IMG/VR virus record: IMGVR_UViG_3300025597_000012
DNA from: a virus
Length of the DNA stretch: 64,000 nucleotides
Strand: one strand, 5' to 3'
A program made the translations under genes and the position numbers. Of this stretch, positions 1-10,900 are shown one piece after another; the first letter of the stretch is position 1, and each line of letters opens with the position of its first letter. A model generated the notes under the pieces. It did not search any database. It was not told the origin of the DNA and worked only from the letters and a program-made list of their open reading frames with translations.

Positions 1-1979
1 GCTACACCAGTATAAGCATCAGCTAATACAAGTGTATAGTTTGTTGTTTGTGTTGTAAAAATAAGTGAATTAAGTCCTGATGTACCTGCTGTTCCAGATG
101 TACCTGAAACACCAGATGTACCATTTGCACCATTTACTCCACTTGTACCTGAAACACCAGATGTACCTGAAACACCAGATGTACCATTTACACCATTAAT
201 TCCAGAGGTTCCATTTACTCCAGAAGTTCCATCTATACCATTCACACCAGAAGTTCCATTTGCGCCATTTACTCCAGATGTACCATTTACACCATTTACT
301 CCAGATGTTCCTGAAACACCACTAGTTCCAGATACACCACTTGTGCCACTAATACCCGATGTTCCATTAATACCATTAACTCCAGAAGTTCCATTTATAC
401 CATTAACTCCAGATGTACCATCAATTCCAGAAGTTCCATTTATACCATTAACTCCAGATGTACCATCAATTCCAGAAGTTCCATTAACACCATTAATCCC
501 AGATGTGCCGTTAACTCCAGAAGTACCACTCACACCAGAAGCACCAGATGTACCACTAGTTCCATTTATACCAGATGTGCCACTAGTTCCATCAGCAGCA
601 GAACCATTAAGTACAATTCTACCTGCAAATCTATCATCAGGTGAAGAAGGTACTTTTATTGTTACATTATTAGCATCAGTCTGTTCTACTATATCAACAT
701 TTACTTGAACAGGAGTTGAAGTAGTATCCCATAATTCTATTGTATAATTGAAAGTACCAAGTAAGTGATTAAAAGTTATAAAATAATAACCACTTATAGG
801 GCCACTCCAATCTGTAGTTGCATTAAAAATTTGATTAAAGCCAATAGCAGAAAGTCCAGAAGTACCAGAACTACCGAAAAAAGTACCATCAAGTCCTGAA
901 GTTCCTGATACACCAGAAGAACCAGATGTTCCAGAAATTCCAGAAGTTCCTGAAACACCACTAGTTCCAGAAATTCCAGAAGTTCCTGATACTCCAGATG
1001 TACCTGAAACACCAGATGTACCATTGAGACCATTAATACCCGAAGTACCAGATAAACCTGATGTACCATTAATTCCAGAAGTACCATTTATTCCAGAAGT
1101 TCCTGACACACCACTAGTTCCAGATATACCGCTAGTACCATTAATACCATTTACTCCACTTGTACCTGAAATACCAGATGTACCATTTACACCACTTGTA
1201 CCATTTATACCTGACGTTCCGTTTACACCTGACGTTCCATTTATACCTGAAGTACCAGATGTGCCATTTACTCCAGAAGTTCCATTTATACCATTTGCAC
1301 CATTTATTCCAGAAGTTCCATTTACTCCACTTGTACCATTAACACCACTAGTGCCATTAACTCCACTAGTTCCTGAAGTTCCGTTCACACCTGAAGTTCC
1401 GTTCACACCTGAAGTACCAGATGTTCCAGATATACCACTAGTTCCTGATAGTCCACTAGTACCTGATACTCCACTAGTTCCAGATATACCGCTAGTACCA
1501 TTAATACCATTAATACCCGAAGTACCATTTATTCCAGAAGAACCGGAAGTACCATTAATACCTGAAGTTCCTGATATACCAGAACTACCTGAACTACCAC
1601 TAGTTCCAGATATACCGCTGGTACCATTTAATCCAGAAGTTCCTGATATACCAGAACTACCAGATGCACCAGATGAACCTGTAATTCCAGAAGTACCAGA
1701 TGAACCAAAAAATATACCATCAACACCTGAAGTACCAGATGAACCAAAAAATGTACCATCTAAACCAGATGTACCTGATATACCAGAAGAACCAGATGTA
1801 CCAGCTATACCAATACCAGAAGTACCTGAAGTACCTGCACTACCTCTACTACCAGAAGTACCTGCAGTACCAGAAGTACCTGCTGCGTATTTCAGAAGAT
1901 TAACCTCTTTCCAAAGATTATCAATCTGTTTTTCGCAGTTAGTTAAATTAAACTTTATATTTAAATCACCAAGACCCAT
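1..1979 (-). CDS. Collagen-like (Gly-X-Y repeat) fibre protein, 5' part only; the gene runs off the left edge of the window
   Basis: Minus-strand ATG at 1979 overlaps the TAA stop of the giant gene (TAATG). Manual translation gives MGLGDLNIKFNLTNCEKQIDNLWKEVNLLKYAAGTSGTAGTSG... with long GTSG(I/V)NG triplet runs, interrupted near 600-900 by a non-collagenous block (…IGFNQIFNATTDWSGPISGYYFITFNHLLGTFNYTIELWDTT…). No in-frame stop down to position 1, where checked. Confidence 0.7.
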   Translation of the reverse strand, partial: MGLGDLNIKFNLTNCEKQIDNLWKEVNLLKYAAGTSGTAGTSGSRGSAGTSGTSGIGIAGTSGSSGISGTSGLDGTFFGSSGTSGVDGIFFGSSGTSGITGSSGASGSSGISGTSGLNGTSGISGTSGSSGSSGISGTSGINGTSGSSGINGTSGINGINGTSGISGTSGVSGTSGLSGTSGISGTSGTSGVNGTSGVNGTSGTSGVNGTSGVNGTSGVNGTSGINGANGINGTSGVNGTSGTSGINGTSGVNGTSGINGTSGVNGTSGISGTSGVNGINGTSGISGTSGVSGTSGINGTSGINGTSGLSGTSGINGLNGTSGVSGTSGVSGTSGISGTSGVSGTSGISGTSGSSGVSGTSGLDGTFFGSSGTSGLSAIGFNQIFNATTDWSGPISGYYFITFNHLLGTFNYTIELWDTTSTPVQVNVDIVEQTDANNVTIKVPSSPDDRFAGRIVLNGSAADGTSGTSGINGTSGTSGASGVSGTSGVNGTSGINGVNGTSGIDGTSGVNGINGTSGIDGTSGVNGINGTSGVNGINGTSGISGTSGVSGTSGVSGTSGVNGVNGTSGVNGANGTSGVNGIDGTSGVNGTSGINGVNGTSGVSGTSGVSGTSGVNGANGTSGVSGTSGTAGTSGLNSLIFTTQTTNYTLVLADAYTGV

Positions 1980-4900
1980 TAATATTTATTTAATAGTCTA
2001 TAATATTGTAATTGTTCTTCCGGTTGCATCATGTTAACAGCTTGTCTTACAATCGGAATTGCTTTAAAGAGTTTGGCTTTTAATATAGAGTCTCCTTTAT
2101 CAAAGGCTCCTGTTTTTCTTTTATATACTTCTGTAGGATTAGTTACTAATTGAGTAAAGAAATCAGTATATCTTGTAGCTGTAAGAATTACGGCTGAAGG
2201 ATTTTGAAGCACCTGCATAATATCAGTAGCTCCAAAGATACTATACATACCTATATCTTTTCTAAGTCTAAGCATTTGAAGAGTAAGGGTATTTTGTAAC
2301 CAAGATTTATCCTTATCATCTCCTGAAGCATTAGCTAAAGCTATTGTTAAAATACCCATTCCTACAAGTAATGAGAGTTCAAACATAGTTTTATTATAGG
2401 CATACTTTTCATCAGCAGACCAACCTTTTCTATTAAAGAAGTTAGCTGCAGCGTTGAATTTCATTTCTTTAATATCAGAAGCAACCTTACTGAAGAATTT
2501 ACGATAGTATCCCTCCATTTCATCACCTATCTCATAATCAAAGCGTTGTCTTCCGTATCTTGACCTGAAAGCGTTGTACATGAACTTACGGTAAATTAAC
2601 ATAAGTTTACCATAAAAGGTTCTCTGCAGTTGAACTTTATCGAATTTACTATAGTTACCGTTAAGTATTTTATTTACACCATGTAGTCTTTGAGTGAAAA
2701 GTCTTTCATCTTCAGCAGTCCAGATAATATCATCTCTAAGTCTCAAGAAACCTTTTTCATTAATTTTATGAGCATCAAATAGAGATATAGTTTCTCCAGA
2801 CGTAGTTTTAACTTTGGTAGCGTTCATTAAAGAAAGCATACCTACAAGCTGAATCTGGTGTTCTGCTGCGTGGTTAATAATAAAGATAGTATCGGCATTT
2901 GCGTATCTTTGTGTAGCATTACCAACAAACTTTTTACCATATTTATCACGGAACTCACCTTGGATAGCATCGTATTTAATACCTAACTGAGTAATCTTTG
3001 ATTTCTTAAGATTAAAGGCATCCTTCATAAACTCATTAAAGTTACTGAAGTATTGTCCTTGAGCTTTTCTCCAGTCAGCAGGTGTATAATATTTAGCACC
3101 AAGAGATTCTCCAAGTGTCATAATATTACCGATACTTACGTTACCTATACCTGCTGTTACGTTGAAAGCCATGTTATTAAGAGCAGTAAGAAAGGCAAAG
3201 TTTCCACCAAGTTTATTTAAATCTACAGCTCTGCCAAAAATTCTAGCAGTATCTTGTAATTCTTCTTGACCATATACTACATCATCTAACCAGCTAAGTA
3301 GTTGTTTATTAAGACGTTCTGCTGTAGTTTTCTTAGAAGGAAGTTTAAGGAATCTATCAAAAATAGTTTTTCTATCAGATGTAACAGGAATTATTTTTCT
3401 TGCTTCCATCTTAAACTGAGCATTACCTTCAAGAACCATTCTTAAAGTTCTTACATTAGGTTCAACTTCTCTCATCATTTCAACAAGATTAGCTGCACCT
3501 GCAAACTTAAAGATTGTTTCGGGGAGAACTAAGCTTACATTAGAATCATCAATAGATTGTACATAAGGAGTTTTAATTCTCTTGTACATACTACCATCAA
3601 GATTTATGTCATTTTGTGCTGTAGTACTTTCTTCAGCTTTAGGTAAAAAGAAATTCAATACTTTATTACCTACTACTTTTGCTTTATTACCAGCACCTTC
3701 AGCAGTTTTAACATCTTGAATTTGACTGGGTTTGTCAAATACCTGAGGTACTATACCAAATTGAAGTCTTTCTTCTTCTCCATATTTATCATTACCTTCT
3801 TTATAGGTATCATACATTTTTGTAAAGAACTCGTCTTTATTGTAGAGTCTATCAAATTCTGCATTTTTATACTTATCAGCAGGTTTTGAAAGGCTACCAT
3901 TCTGTTCTTCCCAAGCAAAAATTTTATCTACATAATTTTGATATAAAGCTCTTTCTGCTGCTGTAGAATTTTCACTTGGCGCATCAGGCATTTCTCCTAA
4001 TGTTTCTAAGAAGGCAGCTTTATCTTTAGTATAAAGGTCATAGAAGTAAGGTTGGTGCAAAGCCCATTTCTGAGTGTAAGCCCATTTGAATTTACCTTCA
4101 TCATCTTTCTCTTCAGTTTTCTGAAGGATAGTAGCTTTTCTTAAGAAATTTTTCTTGTAGTATTCTACAGTACTTTTAGTTTCATTAGCTAAACCTTTTG
4201 CTTTCAAGAATTTAGCATAATCAATTTTAATTTCTTCACCAAGTTTTGCTTCATATAAATGGTTATCTTCCATTACATCAAATAAGGCTGTTCTTGTAAT
4301 AGCAGAAACAGGGTCATTATTTGAGCCAACAGAACCTAAATGGAACTGTAAGAAGCTTAAATCTTCATCAGCATTATACAGTTTATTTTTAAACTGCTCT
4401 TTTGTAAGTACATAACTAGGGTACTTATCTTTAATTCTTTCATTAACTTCCTCAATGTAAGGGAATAACCATTCAGCAGTAAGGTCTATTGAACGTGCCT
4501 TAATCTTATAGTCAGCTATATTTCTAGCTTCTGCAAGAGTTATTTGCATAGCTTTATATGCTTCAGGGGCAAGGTCTTGTGCTACTCTACCAAATAAACC
4601 ATGTACATCTTCGTACATAGCTAAAAGGTTTCTAACTAAGTCAAGGTCTCTATGAAGTTGTTTTACATCTTTCTGAGTAAGCTTATTTTCTTTATCAGAA
4701 AGCTTACCACTAATTCTCTTGAACTCATCACTAGCATAACGAAGACCATCTATACCTTGATAGATATATTGGTTAATACTTTCAAACTCATCATAGTTTT
4801 TAAGTAAAGACCTAACAGCTATAAGTTCAGAAAGAAGTTCAGGAGAAGGTGTTCTTCTTCTGGCTGTATCATCTAAAACAGCTAGTCTTCTTTTAATTCT

Positions 4901-7900
4901 TTCTATAAGTTTCTGGTCGTCAGTCTTTTCTGTAGCATCTGCTTGGAAAGCTTTAACGGCAGTAATTAAGTCTTTTCTTTCAGTAAAGTCAAAAGGCATA
5001 CCATTACTTGAAGTAAGGTCGGCAAACTCGGCAAGATTCATAGCCGGAAGATATTTTATTTTAGCAACTCCTTGTTCACCTGCTTTTGCACCTTTTACAT
5101 TAGCTTTTAAAGCTCCATAAAAACCACTAAGTACACTTACAAACCAATCAAAGAATTTTCTAGCTAAACTAGCTCCAGATTTATGATATTTATCATAAAG
5201 GAATCTACCAGTTCTGTCAAAATTTCTAGCTCCAAGTTTACCTAAATAGTTAACTAAAGCTTCGTCTTGGATTTCTTCTTTATTTTTACCTTTATATAAA
5301 GGACTCTTTAAAGTTTCAGACATAGCTTCACCAGCTATATCATCGTTCTCAAGTACAAGAGCTTTATACTCCTCCATTAAGCTTGTATATAGAGCATGGT
5401 TATCTACTTTAAGTACAGCCATAAATGGGTGAAGATATTCGTGAAATGGTGTATCTCTTGATACTCTACTTAAGTTAATAACAGCTACACTATTTTCAAA
5501 TTTACCTTTCCAATCTTCATCAACATCTACTACTTGATAAGGTATATTATATTTTTGTTTAAGATGCTCAAGTATAACTTTAAGACCAACATAATCAACT
5601 GTTAAGTTATCTTCATCTTCTGTAGATACAGTAAAAGGTTCATTTTGTTTACCATATTCAGTTTTATGATTTTCTGAATAATCTGTATCATAAGATTTAG
5701 GTATAACTATTTCTTTAAGAACACCTTCATCAAAAGGTTCTTCTGTTTCTTCTTGAATTTCAGGAGCAACTTTAGTAAGTTTATCTGAAGCAACAATTTG
5801 TTCACCATACTTTGTACCATCAGTAATAGTAACAAAAGTAGTTCCTTTTACAGTTCCGAAAGGTGTTTCTTTATCAAGACCTTCATTAACTTCAGTAACG
5901 GTAAGTTCTTTACCATTATACATAACTTTAGAACCTACATCTTCCTTAGTGAATACTTCAGGAATACGTTCTTCCTCAGGTTGAGGTTGTTCTTCAGTCT
6001 GTTGTTCAACTGGTTCAGTTTGTTGAGTTTCAGTTTCTTGTGCAGGAGTTATTTCTTTTTCTTGTGTATTTCCTGCATTTAATTTATCAATGATTGACTG
6101 AATAGCCTCATCTTTATTTAAACCTATTGCATCACCAGCTTCATCATACCAAGCACCATCAAATTCATCAATAGTATTGATAAGAGTACCATTATGTTTT
6201 ATCTCTACAAGACCATCTCCTGTAGTACGAATACTTAATTCTTTACGAGTTATAGCTTTAGTAGGTACTGGAGCAGGTTCTTCGGCTTGTGCTTCTTCAA
6301 CCTTTTTCTCTTCTTCCTGTTCAGTTTTTACCTCTTCTTTAATAACAGTCTCATATTTTTCACCAAGCATAGCAGCATAAATCTTTTTCATGCTGTCATT
6401 AAGGGTTACGTCAATATCAGAACCTACGATACCTTTATAAATATCAGTTAACCATTTCTTAAAATTATCAAAGAGTTTTTGTAATGTAGAAGTAGGAGCT
6501 TCACCATCAGCAAGGTATTTCTCAAAACCTCTAGCAAATTTCTCAGATGTTTCTCTACTCCAATCTTCAGTTCCAGCCCATTCTAATACGTCAGCTCTCT
6601 CAGTATCAGTAAGTTGTCCTTCCCAATAGTGAGCAAGTTCATGTAAAGGAGTTGATACATCAGGATTAGTTAATGAATAAATAATAGCCTGACTATCACC
6701 TAAAAGTCTTATAGCACCTTTTGGGCCTTGATTAAACTGTACATTAGTCCAATTAGCAATTTTAGAAGTATCGTTTCTTTTTAAATCATTATCTGAAAAT
6801 TCAGGACGACCTGAATAAGTAGGTTTAAGTAGTCGTGTAAATCTGTGTTCTGAATTTTTTAATTTTTTAATTTGTTCTTTTATTTCACTTAATTTTGCCT
6901 CTATATTATTTTTAAATTCAAGATATTCAGTTATAGAATCAAAATCGTCTTCAGTTACACTATCTAAATTATTTTTAACTAGGTTATATAGTTGTATTGC
7001 CCCTTTATATTTATCTTCTCTAGTACGAGTATTTGTACCACCTTCTATATTTAAATGATTTTTAAGTTGATTATATATAGAATTAGATAATCTATCTTCT
7101 ATTACTTTTTGTTCATCTGATGTAATATTAGATATTAATTTAGAAATATCTTGAACTTTTCTAAAAGTTTCAGTCTGGTCTACTTTTAATAATTTTTTAT
7201 ATAAACTTGCTTCAGCTAAAATATAATGTACATTATCATCTCTTACAAAAGGAGAATTTATAATTTTATCTTCATAAGAATTATTTTCAATATCTTTATC
7301 TGTAACATTAAATTCACGAAGTATGCTTCTTAATCGAGTTACAAAAGAACCTATTTTTATATTTGTTAAAGTAGCTTCTTTATCTAACCCTCCATGACCG
7401 TTATTAAATCTATTCCAAAGTCCTGAAAGTCCTACTTTTATAGAATCATATTGTTGTGTTATTCCATTAAGTGCTTCAATCTCAGCGTCTGTTAAGTTAA
7501 AGATTTGTTTAAATTGAGATAAAGTTTCTTTATCAATATAGTCTACAATACGACCAAAATTTGATATAAGTTGATTTTTATATTCCTCTTCTGTAACAAA
7601 TTCTGTTCCATCACGAAAAACTTTAAGACCTTTGGAAATATCAGTAATAAAGTTTGTAGGATTTTTTATTTTAGAGATATTTTCTAAAATATTAGCTACA
7701 GGTATTCTTAATTTAGACTCAACTGATTGATTTTGAAATAAAAGATTACCTTCATTTATGAAAGGATTAACAGTTCCGTGAGTTGCCTCATATACGAATT
7801 TAAGGGTATTACCATATCCATTATCAGCAAGCCACTTGTTAATTTTCTTAGCAAGTTCGGGGGTAGCTTTACCATTCTTAGTTTGGAAGGCAAGGTTACC

Positions 7901-10900
7901 AAAGCTTTTAGCTTTTTGAAGCTCAAAGCCTTTTACCACGTTTGCTATCATAGCAGAATTAGAATACTGATAATAAATATCAGGATTCTCTGTAGAGAAT
8001 GTGGCATTTCTACCAGAGGCATCTTTAACTTGGTCTGCTTCGTAAACAGCTAAGTTCTTGATTCCCTGTTCTTTAACATAGTAACCATCATAACCATTAT
8101 CTTTGATAAGCTTTTGGAAAGCTTTATCTTCTAAGACTTGCCAGTTATGTTCTTCAGAAAGGTAGAAATTACCATTCTCATCTTCACCACCTGTTAGTCT
8201 GCTATATATAGTTTTATTGTGTTCTTTTAGGAAAGCAAGGTCTTGTTTATTCTCATAGTCAAAAGGTTTATTTGCTTTTACAAATAAAGATAAAACATTG
8301 TTACCTCTTGTCACCATAGCATAGTCTTCAGAAAAATCATACTCTGGTGATAAGAACAGACCCATTCCTCTACCTTGTGTTTTGTCAAAGATACTCCAAT
8401 TTTCAGGAGTACCATGAAACATAACCATAGGCTCACCATTAACATCAAGAACTTTAGAGTTACCAAACCAGTTCTTAAATGCTTTAGTCTTAGTTAAAAG
8501 CCATGTATCTTCATCAAGTAATGAAGGTCTTCCGTTTGGAGCTTTTCTGAAAGTACCATTCTTTTTAGCAGCTTCTTTGATTTGAGCTTTTTCCTGCTCA
8601 ATAGATGGATTCTGCCAAATAGTATCTTCTGAACCTTGAAGACTTTCAGGAGTTGTTTTTCTGAAAGTTATGGATTTATAGAAGTCTTCTTTGGTCTTAC
8701 CATTTCTTAAAGCCCAAGTAGTAGCTACTCTATCATAGATTTCAGATACAGCTTTAGCCTGAGTTGATTTAAGGCTGAATAATGTCTCCATTACTTTAGC
8801 CATACTTTTCTTATCGGCAGCCACTTGGACTGTTTCAAAAGCTCTTTTTTCAGCTTCAGCAGCTTCAGGAATAAGTCTTACCAGTGCATCAGAAACCTTT
8901 TTACCAAAGATATTCTTACCTGCTTCTGGATTATCTATGTATTGAGATACGACTGCATTAAATACATCCTCATCATTAGAGCCGGCAATACCACTCTTAT
9001 AAGGTTCTTTAATGTCAGTTAAGTTCTCTCTAACTATACTTATAAACTCTTCTTTAGGAGTTTGAATTTTCTTTTCTTCAATTCTAGCTTGCTTAACTGC
9101 TTTAGCTGCAGCGGGTTCTTGCTTAGGTTGAGGTTTTACCTCTTGTTTAGCTTCAGTAGGAGCTGAAGGTTTAACAGCAGCTTTCTGACCTTTTTGTAGA
9201 GGGAATACTCTTAAAGAAAACTGTTTGAATACATCAGGTTGAGCTGCTATTGAAAGAGAGTTATTAAGTTGGTCTTGAGTAACTTCTGCGTCATTCAAGA
9301 TACCTGATTTAAAGTCTTGTTTAGCAAGTGAAAGATTAAGTTTGTCTATACTCTTAGTTTCGTAAGATACTTTTCTAATCTTTTCATCAATAGCTCTAAC
9401 CATTCCGTCAAAGTCTTTGGCTTGCTTTATCTCATTAACTTTAACTCTTTTATGTATAGGATTCTCAGGGTCAACTGTTTTATTGAATACATTAAGATAG
9501 ATATTGCCTTGAGTATCAACAGTTAATTTAAGGTCAGTTCTTCTTTCATCTCTATTTCTAGAGTCTGCAATATAAAGTTTTTCTGTAAGTTCAGAATTAA
9601 TTTTATCTACCTGTGCTTTTGTTAAAGTATTAGGAAGATTTTTAAGTTCATTATATACTTCATTAAGAATCTTTTCATCAGCCGCAGAAGGTCTTGCTAC
9701 AAGATGTCTGAAAGTACTGTCAGGCATTTTCATAACATAAAGATAGCGTCTATCAAAAGATTGAATATTCTTCAGATTATTAGCAACATAAGTTACAATA
9801 TCTGTAATTTCATCTTGAGAAAGTTCTGCTTTATTAAGAATAGTAGGTTTAGTACTTCTTTCGTATTGTTTATTTTCTTTGTTATAAACAACTGGGAATG
9901 AAAGTATTGCACTACCTTTTTGACCTTTGTATGTAAGATTTTTAAGTAATGTAGAAGAAGATTCTGATTTTGAATAATTTATACCGCCATAAGAAGTTAC
10001 AATATCAAATAAAGCCTTAAGCTCCTGATTAGTAAATTCAGTTTTACCTGATTTAAATTGAGAATAGAAATGCTCACTAAGTGCTTTATAATCAGTCATT
10101 TGCTGAATAAAGTCAGAATAAGTTGAAGGTTCATTACCTGTAATTCTTTCATATTCTTCAGGAGCAATCTCAATTAACGGAGTATATTTTTCACCTCTTT
10201 TAAAATAAAGTCTATCAGCGTCACTAAGAAAACCAATAGTCTCACCTTCAAATTTTAATTCAATTTGAGTATGTGAACCTGTGTAGTAAACACCCGGAAT
10301 ATTTTTAAAACCTTGATATGCACCATGAGGAAGCCCTTTAGTGCTTTCTGCTACAGTAGCAGTAAGACCATCATAAATTTGTTGAGGTGTTTTACTGAAT
10401 AAAACTTTTCTAAGATTGTCATTATTTTTTTGACCATCTTGATAGTTTACAGAGTTAATCTTGTTAAATAAAACTGAAGGGTTAGCAACCATTTGGATGC
10501 TATTAGTCTTCACACCTTTTCTTTTCTTATCAGCTTCTTTTACACCTTCTTGAATTTCTGCAACATCCTCAGAATCAAATGTTTCGTGAGTAGGAGTATT
10601 GTCTATAAAAGTAACTGGGCCAGCAGAAGTTTGAACTTCTTTAGAAGTATTTTCTTCTAATGTAGCCAGTTCTGCATCATATTTAGCATTAATTTTTTTT
10701 GAATAAGCGTTTAAACTGGATTCCTCCCCTGTTCTTTCTCCTGTTTTAGAGTATTTACCAAAAGAAGTTTGAGAATACGCAACTTTTAAGTAATCTTCTG
10801 TTGTTTGTTCTTTACTGATTTCAAAAGGAGAGTTATCATTAACATTACCATATTTATTTTTTTCAATACCTTGGTAAGCCATTCTTTTTCCATCAGGATA

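Noticed and set aside
343-2037. Plus-strand ORFs 343-708, 1024-2037, 1160-1342, 1700-1903 and minus-strand 794-1087 (PEVP/PDVP-type repeat proteins)
   Set aside because: They are antisense or frame-shifted shadows of Gly-X-Y collagen codons. The coding frame is the minus-strand frame starting at 1979 (GTSGxNG…). The same applies to plus-strand 30328-30648 and 31573-31983 opposite the other collagen genes.
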